20,000 nucleotides of DNA from Veleropilina oligotropha. Lineage: Eukaryota. A model generated the notes under the pieces. That model was given only the letters and a program-made list of their open reading frames with translations. It made no database searches and had not been told where the DNA came from. The position numbers and the translations under genes were made by a program. This document shows, one piece after another, positions 11,914-20,000 of the stretch (position 1 is the first letter of the stretch; every line of letters begins with the position of its first letter). The stretch lies in the NCBI GenBank assembly GCA_048128005.1, contig JBEUKZ010000119.1:175177-195176 (forward strand), given 5' to 3'.

Positions 11914-13512
11914 GGGACTGGTAATTTATTATAGGGGGGTGGTGGGCCGGTGGAAATGGTCTACTGAGCGTGTCAAAAATGGTGACCCACCCCCGGACCG
12001 TGTGTCTTTTTCATGACCCACCCCCAGGCCAGACCGTGTCTTTTTTTCATGACCCACCCCCCGGGGGGGGGGGTCTGAAGTTTGAAAGGGGTCCAACTGT
12101 TACAATATTAATAATTGTCCGCCTAGCAGGAAACTGTGTGAAACTGTGTCCTGGATTTTATGGGATGAATAGACATATTTATGCAACATTTATTGATCAA
12201 AACAGAAACAGGGCACTTTGCATAACTAATTTTAAATAAAGGTAATTTTAAGTCGTACATCAATGGTCCGGGTGGGGGTGGGGCCCCACGCGGAAGCAAA
12301 TTTTGACTGTATTGTGAGATCGCTAATGTTCTATTTCTTACCATCATCTTTGAATAATTTTCACCAATCTGTAAAAGTTGTCAATTTGAAAGATAGCCCA
12401 GACGTGTTTGAAATATAATATGCAACTTTATATATGACCAGAGACTACAACATTGAGGGGGACATGATGGTCAACAGGACTTTGAAGGGCCTTGCGGGGT
12501 CAAATTATACTATCAATGGCCCGCGTCGTGGGACCTTGTTCCCCAGGGGAATACATTTTTGGCAAATAACCGTGCGAAACACCCTCTCCTGTAATCTGAT
12601 GATGTAAATGTGATATTTCTTAACAATATTTACGAATCATTTCATCACTTCATAAAAGGTGAAGGTATGTAATAGCCACATGCTCAGTCAGCTGTATAAT
12701 AATTGTACTCTCTAGAATGGTGACTGTCGGTAGATGCAGATATCTCAAGGATATTGTACGTGTGATAAAAGCTATGAACTCAGATATATACTTTAAGCCT
12801 TCTGTCTATGAGCATCATTAAAATATTGGGGGTGTTTCACCCCCCTTATTGAATAAAAATCGCACACAATTGCATAATGTGGGGATAGTTGATCGAGAGC
12901 AGATTTTGCTCGATAACGAATTTTGATCTAAATTAGACGGTAAAATCAATTCTGGAGCTGGTGCACACAGAAATTATGAAGTCAGATATGTACTTTTGAG
13001 TCTGTCTAAGGGCATCAATAAAAAATGGGGGGGGGGGGTAATACCCGTTATTTTATAACAAACTTTGAGCCCGCGTATATAATTTGAGTGCACATCTAAG
13101 GGAACTTGTAAATTTAAGGGCACTTCTAAAAATCTTGAGGGTATTCCCCCCCCCACGGCTTCTACGCCACTGGAAACCCCTCTCCTGCATTCTGAGAGTG
13201 CAAACCAAATATGTAATTTTGACAACCTTTATGAATAATTTTCAACAACGTATTACACCACACTTTTTATCATGACCCAGCCCTAAAACCAGTCCTTTTC
13301 AAAAGGGGTACTAGAGTCAAACTTTCCCAACCTGTGATCAATTGCTCGCATGACAATTAAAGGTGTGAAACACCCTCTTCTGCATTCTATGTATTACAAA
13401 ATGTTGTGTAATTTGTTCATGACCCACCCCCCAAACACTGTGCATTTATTCATGACTCACCCCTAAAGCCTGTCTTTTTTTCATGGCCCACCCACCAATC
13501 CCACCGCCCCCC
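11914..13512. mobile_element. MITE-like element (PIF/Harbinger-like GGG terminus after TTAA/TAA), right end degraded
   Basis: Left end TTAA|GGGACTGGTAATTTATTATAGGGGGGTGGTGGG is roughly inverted to CCACCAATCCCACCGCCCCCC at about 13492-13512. The motif (CA)TGACCCACCCC repeats near both ends (about 11983, 12012, 12048, 13271, 13418, 13451, 13482). Confidence 0.45.
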
Positions 13513-15062
13513 TGGTGCGGCTATAACACCAGTTATTACGCATCAAATTTATGTAATAGTCCAGCATTACCAACATAATGCTAAGGAAACTAAAACAAAC
13601 AAATGCATTGAAAATGAACCAACGGCCAATAGCAATTTATTTAGGCCAAAAATGCCTTGGGTACTGTTTGTAACCTAATCCTACCTAGAATTTCACCCCA
13701 TACCCATTTTATCACTTTGTATCAGTGATTGATTAAAAAAAAATCAATCTCACGGCAGACCATCTATCTTGTCAATCTGCAATCCTATTTGCTCTCCGTA
13801 TGGGTTTTTGGTGTGTAACATGTCTAATAAAAAGACAATCATTAATTTCATGCTGTCGGAGGGATATGACATGACATGTTTTTCTTCTAGACATTATATG
13901 CATTTACAAATACCCCCCCCCCCACCACCTAGGAAAATATTTGCCTACCTGCCGTATTTTTGTATGAGCATGTAACAGGAACGAAGAAAGTTTTTCGTGT
14001 TCTCGTATTACTAGTTACTAAAAGTATTATCTTCATTAATGACTTGCCAGTAAATCGTCGCTTTGGCTTGTGTAATACTATTTTGTTCAGTAATGTTTGC
14101 AACAGGTACACTCCTGTGCACATCTTTCCACTGTTAAATCGTCAGTCTCCACAAACTGATTAAGCATAAGTAATGCCTTCATCATTAAATGGCACCACTT
14201 AAGATTATGTTAAGAACAACATCCACATGCGACATACACGTTCGCCCCCTGGGTACCGTTCACCCATACGTCATGGATATATTGGATATACATCATAGGT
14301 GACCAGACATCTCGTCTCTGGCGCCTAAATAATAAAATGTGAGACGATACGCATCGTCCTTGGCGGCGAATTTGTTAACATGAGTTTAACCGAAATCACT
14401 GAGAGCCGATGTGTTTTATTTTTACGTGGTGAATTTCAGCCGCAATAGTGTATATAATTTGTTAAACAGACGAAGGGAAACAATCGTTGTTCTTGTTAAA
14501 GAATGATGTATTGCGCAACTATAGCTAATGATAGTGTGAAAGGTCTTAGTTACCGATCTTACCTCTACCGAAATGGCTCAAATATTCTAATACTTTGTCA
14601 GCGCCATTTTTATTGTATGCGGTGATCCACAGGGGCCCGTAATGTTGCTTATCGTTCGTCTGTTTCCGTTTGAAGATTGGCGCAGTTCATTGTTACTATA
14701 ATATGTTGTAGGTAGCACCTAGATACGAACGCAGAGGAAAGATTATACATTTTTTTTGTTTATGAAATCCGTACCCTGAGATGTAATGTTTGCTTAATTT
14801 TGAAACACGTCTTTTATTCATAACGTCTAGTGTAAGCCGACACCCATTCCGCGACGTCGCACATTGTTGCTACGCACATTCTTTGACAGGAGTGTTTTAT
14901 CTGAACTATTCAACGTTATCCAGTAGTTTATCCCATACATATGTCACCACCGAGATTGTCTGACAGTACTGTTACGTCTTCGTACTCAGCTGTGTTATTG
15001 CCGCTAATTCTTGATACTGCATCCATCCAGATGTAAGTAGTAGAGCTCCCTGTTTGTCCAGA

Positions 15063-15111
15063 TGACCTTTTGACCTTTGGATGACCCCGAGGTGCCCTTG
15101 AATGTAGGTCA
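15063..15111. promoter_or_regulatory. Cluster of nuclear-receptor-type half-sites (DR2/DR5/DR5 chain plus a RORE-like site)
   Basis: TGACCT-N2-TGACCT-N5-TGACCC-N5-TGCCCT (15063-15098) and AATGTAGGTCA (15101-15111). Function is inferred only. Confidence 0.4.
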
Positions 15112-16540
15112 GGGGGCGTGTCTATCGAGTGTATGGGGCGACCTTGTGGTGACCTCGCGCTACCCCTGAGTCAGTGTCTACTGAGACAAAGGACCACCTG
15201 CCACATAATATGAGCCATTCTCCCTTGCGAGGGTATGGGCGACCTTGTGGTGACCTCGCACTACCCCTGAGTCATTGTCTACTGAGACAAAGGACCACCT
15301 GCCTGTCAAATGTAATAGTCTTTATGGAATAAGGATAATAAATTTTGTAGATAGATATTTATTTTCCATGTACAGACATGTTTTAATAAATTAATGAGAT
15401 TCCGAGTACATGATATTGTATTATATATATATATATATATATAATACATAGGCAAAGTGTCTCCTGTGAAATTATACCAAGTATGGATGTGTCATCATAA
15501 CTAAAATAGCCAAGACATGTATGGGCATGTTCTATTAATATTAGTTCACATAATATGAGCCATTCTCCCCTGCGAGGGTATGGGCGACCTTGTGGTGACC
15601 TCGCACTGCCCCTGAGTCATTGTCTACTGAGACAAAGGACCACCTGTCTGTCAAATGTAATAGTCTTTATGGAATAAGGATAATAAATTTTGTAGATAGA
15701 TATTTATTTTCCATGTACAGACATGTTTTAATAAATTAATGAGATTCCGAGTACATGATATTGTATTATATATATATATATATATATATATAATACATAG
15801 GCAAAGTATCTCCTGTGAAATTATACCAAGTATGGATGTGTCATCATAACTAAAATAGCCAAGACATGTATGGGCATGTTCTATTAATATTAGTTCACAT
15901 AATATGAGCCATTCTCCCCTGCGAGTGTATGGGGCGACCTTGTGGTGACCTCGCACTACCCCTGAGTCATTGTCTACTGAGACAAAGGACCACCTGCCTG
16001 TCAAATGTAATAATCTTTATGGAATAAGGATAATAAATTTTGTAGATAGATATTTATTTTCCATGTACAGACATGTTGGGGCATGTCTATCGAGTGTATG
16101 GGGCGACCTTGTGGTGACCTCGCACTACCCCTGAGTCATTGTCTACTGAGACAAATGACCACCTGCCTGTCAAATGTAATAATCTTTATGGAATAAGGAT
16201 AATAAATTTTGTAGATAGATATTTATTTTCCATGTACAGACATGTTTTAATAAATTAATGAGATTCCGAGTACATGATGATGATATTGTATTATATATAT
16301 ATATATATATATAATACATAGGCAAAGTATCTCCTGTGAAATTATACCAAGTATGGATGTGTCATCATAACTAAAATAGCCAAGACATGTATGGGCATGT
16401 TCTATTAATATTAGTTCACATAATATGAGCCATTCTCCCCTGCGAGGGTATGGGCGACCTTGTGGTGACCTCGCGCTACCCCGTCATTGTCTACTGAGAC
16501 AAAGGACCACCTGCCTGTCAAATGTATTAGTCTTTATGGA
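15112..16540 (+). repeat. Tandem array: 6 copies of a ~75-bp GC-rich core, three in full ~350-bp units containing a (TA)n tract
   Basis: The core GACCTTGTGGTGACCTCGC...ACTGAGACAAAGGACCACCTG starts at 15140, 15241, 15586, 15936, 16105 and 16456 (spacings 101, 345, 350, 169, 351). Intervening sequences are near-identical. Confidence 0.95.
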
Positions 16541-17790
16541 AAAAGTGAGCCGATATCATCCTTCAGAAAGATTTATGTGGGCAATCCTGTAAGATGGCAA
16601 CTCCAGCTAACAAAATTCACAAACACCATTGAAATCTCACAGGACTTGGAAGACACCACATTCAGTGATTATTCAAGGACTTCTATGCAAAGTAAGTATA
16701 CCATATAATATGTGCTTACCTACTCTGAGCATAAGCTAGTATTGTATAATCCAGAATTGTTCCTAGTGTAGTCCAGTAGTTTGCGGTGAACAGTGTCATG
16801 AAAAAAATCATTCATTGACTTGTGGGTGGATTAAGTTAAAATGACTTTATGTGAAATGCATTAACGCAAATGAACACTGTTGACTACCTATGAAACACGA
16901 AGTTCTTGGCATGTATTATAATAGTCACGGTCAAACGAGAGTTCCTTTGTCATGCACTTGGGCACATTGAAAACACGGGGTCAATCTGCAGGAGCGTGCG
17001 ACATTGTTTACTCAGCTGACTACATATATTAGCTTAGATATAAGTGAAGTTAACAAAAGTTGTCTATAAACTCTTTTTAAATTATTTGCTAAACTCTAAT
17101 CATAATGTTACGAAATTATAATGTATTAGGGAATGAAATAATAAAATGATATCATATTATTAATATGTACAGGAAGGGTTCAAGAGGAAACTTCTGCTAA
17201 TAACGTATTATAGACAATATTTAAGTAATCCCACATTGAAATGACAATGTACATGACATAACAGCTAAAATTTTGAGAGTTACACCGCTATTTTGTTGAT
17301 ACCATGCATATACAACCAATGTGGTCAGGTTGTTTTAATATAATGTCACGTTAATCACTGTGTATACATTGGCCGACTTGCCAACAAAGGCAGCTGGTAA
17401 CAAAGGCATCTTGCCCCGAGAGAGCAAACAAACATTGGCCGACGTGCCAACAAATGCAAACTGCCTGGAAAAAGCAAACAAAAGAGAATCAACATTGGCC
17501 GATACACTGTATAATGTTCTAATGATGCCATTGAAATAGCCTGGCCTTAAACCATTAAGTAAATAAACATTTTGACCACAAGGAAAAGCTGGACTCATGT
17601 GTGCCTTGTATATCACAGTTGTTCATAGCTACTTATTGTGGGTGTGTGAAGGGTATGTGATCGGAAAAGTAACAAGAAATTAGCTGATATTTTTCAGTGG
17701 TACAATCAGTGTATTTGCCATTTATTAAATAAAATATAAGATTGAATTTCAATAAATAACCATAAAACACATAAACTAGGGTTGCATATG

Positions 17791-17817
17791 TTTTATTGTT
17801 CCAAAAATATATTTATT
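17791..17817 (-). terminator. Polyadenylation signals of the ATPase gene
   Basis: AATAAA on the minus strand overlaps the TAA stop (17812-17817). A second AATAAA lies at about 17792-17797. Confidence 0.5.
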
Positions 17818-19285
17818 CATCCATATTTTCGTTGCTCTCTGTTGATTCTTCACCTTCAGAGGATGATTCTGACTGCCAATATGATTCGATTTCGGATTGA
17901 CACTTTTTCACTGCTATATTAATAGAGGCTTTCGTACCATATCCCTGTTTCAAGTAGGCATCAACTTTGCTCATGACTCGATTATGAACCCTTCCATCCC
18001 ATAATCTTTCAATGTATAGAAGAATTTGTTTATATTTATTCATAACTTGTATTAAATCTTCAAGATCTATTTTATCATTAGCCTTTTTCTCTGCATTTTG
18101 TTGATGTAATCCCTGCTTGATATATTTGTCATATTTTCCTTCGAAGAATGACATATTTTGATCATGGCTTATTTTCATGAGCTCATCAAACACTTTTGAT
18201 TCTTCGTCACTTTCTTCCAACACCCCAGATGTTCGTTTTTTGGAATTCATATGACACCAGTCTCTTACGTGCTTTTGTAATTTTGAACTATTATCAAATA
18301 ATGAGCCGCAATAAATACATGATATCATGTTTTCTTCATCATCACTGCTGCAATAATGATCAGACATTGTTTCGACCTGATTCATAGATGGATTCATATT
18401 CAGTGAATGTTCGCACAATGCACTGGGTTTGGTGAGCATCGTTTTAGATACATTATTGGCTTCATCTCTCTCAAATACATTTGGACGAATTCTATTAATT
18501 TCATCGGTGAGCACTTTAAAATCTAATAGTATATAGCCATATGGTATCTTCGTTGCTTCGTCAAATTTTTTCATGAGATTGTCGGGATTTCTTGGGTACA
18601 TTTGTCTTGCCAAATTCATAATAAGTTGCTTATCTACTGGATTGTTGAATAATACCATGTATTGACAATTTCTTCTCTGCGTAGGGTCTTTAGAATAATA
18701 CAAGTTTTGATTAATAGCTATAACTGATAGATTTCGGTGATGACTACCTTCTGTGAAGAGATCAGTTATACAAGGGTCTTTAGCAGACATCAAGTCATCC
18801 AGTACAATAACATTTCTGATTCTGGGATCGAGGAAGTCATCATTTGCCAACTCTTGCGGTATTCCTTGAATAAATTCAACGGAAATACTAGCTTTGATGT
18901 CATCATAGAGCGGCTGCCATCTTTTGTATAACCAAATAATTATCTGCGGTGCTGGGGATATGCGATCATGAAGTAGTACATTTTTAACAAAGTAAGATTT
19001 TCCCGAGAATGTTGGGCCTGATACAATAAGGGTAAAGGGATGTTGTAGATGAAATGGGGGTGGGTTGTGCAGCGACGATGGGTGGTAGTCGGTGGCAGCG
19101 GGTGGTGTCTTATCCTGCGTCAGCAGTAAATTCTGTGTCTGAGGTGATGACAGAGATGGATTCTGCATCTGCGGTAATGTTGTACGTGATAATGTCATCG
19201 GTGCCGTGACATGTATTCGGTTGTAATGCCTGAGCAAGGCATCACGTCTAGACAATGATATGTTACAATCAGGACACTTATGCAT
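17813..19285 (-). CDS. Polinton/Maverick A32/FtsK-like DNA packaging ATPase fused to an N-terminal C2H2 and an internal C2HC zinc finger
   Basis: Intact 490-aa ORF from the first ATG (19285). It contains HPFTLIVSGPTFSGKS with Walker A at 18995-19018, VIVLDDLM Walker B at 18788-18811, and HHRNLSVIAINQNLY...RRNCQYMVLF...PYGYILLD motifs typical of this family. Also CPDC-x12-HYNRIH at the N-terminus, CIYC-x12-HVRDWC at 18254-18319, and an acidic C-terminal tail. Confidence 0.88.
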   Translation of the reverse strand: MHKCPDCNISLSRRDALLRHYNRIHVTAPMTLSRTTLPQMQNPSLSSPQTQNLLLTQDKTPPAATDYHPSSLHNPPPFHLQHPFTLIVSGPTFSGKSYFVKNVLLHDRISPAPQIIIWLYKRWQPLYDDIKASISVEFIQGIPQELANDDFLDPRIRNVIVLDDLMSAKDPCITDLFTEGSHHRNLSVIAINQNLYYSKDPTQRRNCQYMVLFNNPVDKQLIMNLARQMYPRNPDNLMKKFDEATKIPYGYILLDFKVLTDEINRIRPNVFERDEANNVSKTMLTKPSALCEHSLNMNPSMNQVETMSDHYCSSDDEENMISCIYCGSLFDNSSKLQKHVRDWCHMNSKKRTSGVLEESDEESKVFDELMKISHDQNMSFFEGKYDKYIKQGLHQQNAEKKANDKIDLEDLIQVMNKYKQILLYIERLWDGRVHNRVMSKVDAYLKQGYGTKASINIAVKKCQSEIESYWQSESSSEGEESTESNENMDE

Positions 19286-19423
19286 GATTGCCCGGAGGTC
19301 CTGCAAATAGCCGTCCGACTACAAATTTCTTTCTCTCTGGTGTGATCCTCTTTAAAACTTGTCTCAGATAGCGACTTTTTCTTTTGGGGGTTATGTCAAG
19401 TACATCATCTTTTTTCACTTTTT

Positions 19424-19729
19424 TCAACTGGACTTAGGTTCGTCATTCTCGGGGTTTGTCGACTGACTGTCGCTTTTTCGTTTCTGAACAACTTTTATAT
19501 ACGGTAAACCTTCCTCCTTTTGCCTTTCCAACTGAACCTTTGCTCTTTCCACTTCAGCAGCCACTGCTGATATGAGGGGAATTCTTATCATGGATGGAGT
19601 TCGATACTGACCAGCCATTCCGCGATTATATTTCCTTGTTGGTTTTTCAGGTTTTAATTTACCCGAATTGATGTCTTTGAAAGCTTGGTCCCACACTTTT
19701 GGGTCACTGACATATATTGAACCTGGCAT
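19424..19729 (-). CDS. Small hypothetical Maverick-associated protein (101 aa)
   Basis: ATG-initiated ORF co-oriented and directly upstream of the ATPase. It has an N-terminal YVSDPKVW motif, a predicted helix ISAVAAEVERAKVQLE and K/R-rich stretches, resembling small ORFs I recall from invertebrate Mavericks (unverified). Confidence 0.6.
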   Translation of the reverse strand: MPGSIYVSDPKVWDQAFKDINSGKLKPEKPTRKYNRGMAGQYRTPSMIRIPLISAVAAEVERAKVQLERQKEEGLPYIKVVQKRKSDSQSTNPENDEPKSS

Positions 19730-19840
19730 GATTACAAAATGATAAATGTTAACAATGTATTTCCTTTATATAGGTTGGTGAAATCATTGCGCATGCACAT
19801 ATATACTTTTTTTTGACATTCTGCTGGCGGGAGGTGGTCT

Positions 19841-20000
19841 CCACCGGTGGTGGTGGAGGTCCACCGGTGGTGGTGGAGGTCCACCGGTGGTGGTGGAGGT
19901 CCACCGGTGGTGGTGGAGGTCCACCGGTGGTGTTGGAGGTCCACCGGTGACTATATATATATATATATAGTCCCCGGTGGACCTCCACCACCACCGGTGG
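19841..20000. repeat. 20-bp tandem repeat (CCACCGGTGGTGGTGGAGGT) mirrored as an inverted repeat around (TA)9
   Basis: 5.5 direct units at 19841-19950, (TA)9 at 19952-19969, and inverted units from 19970 to the window end. 19921-20000 is an 80-bp palindrome with 2 mismatches. Confidence 0.95.

Larger units (their letters stand above)
15036..20000. mobile_element. Maverick/Polinton (endogenous adinto-like virus), left terminus to beyond the window end
   Basis: 5'-AGTAGTAGAG terminus at 15036 (Polintons end in short AG/AGT repeats), a repeat-rich subterminal region, an intronless A32/FtsK-type packaging ATPase gene whose stop overlaps AATAAA, and an adjacent small intronless ORF. pPolB, integrase, capsid genes and the right TIR are not in the window. 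Confidence 0.75.

Noticed and set aside
9400..15030. Assorted 60-96 aa ORFs
   Set aside because: Short, many with non-ATG starts, no recognisable motifs; expected by chance in repeat-derived DNA.
15651..16004. 117-aa ORF in the tandem array
   Set aside because: Non-ATG start, runs through a variable-length (TA)n tract, and is not kept open in the other units.
15112..16540. CRISPR-like array
   Set aside because: Intervening sequences are near-identical rather than unique spacers, units are 100-350 bp, the context is eukaryotic, and there are no cas genes.
19732..19994. Pro/His/Thr-rich ORFs (70 and 81 aa)
   Set aside because: Translations of the 20-bp tandem repeat cycling through frames; no evidence of coding.

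Overview
AT-rich eukaryotic (animal, probably invertebrate such as a mollusc) genomic DNA dominated by mobile elements; nothing prokaryotic and no CRISPR. 1-5800 is a nest of decayed transposons: a TIR element with a perfect 9-bp TSD, a Helentron-type HINE, Academ-like transposase remnants, an RTE LINE 3' fragment and SINE/LINE tails. 6871-9385 (-) is a disrupted tandem array of about 20 C2H2 zinc fingers, split near its 3' end by a MITE. 11100-13500 holds a 135-bp hairpin element and a MITE-like element. From 15036 to beyond the window end lies what looks like a Maverick/Polinton (endogenous adinto-like virus). It has an AGTAGT terminus, a subterminal region with regularly spaced nuclear-receptor-type half-sites, a 6-copy tandem array, an intact A32/FtsK-like packaging ATPase fused to two zinc fingers, a small ORF, and a GC-rich 20-bp repeat array mirrored around a (TA)9 centre. 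All family assignments come from motif recognition, not database searches.
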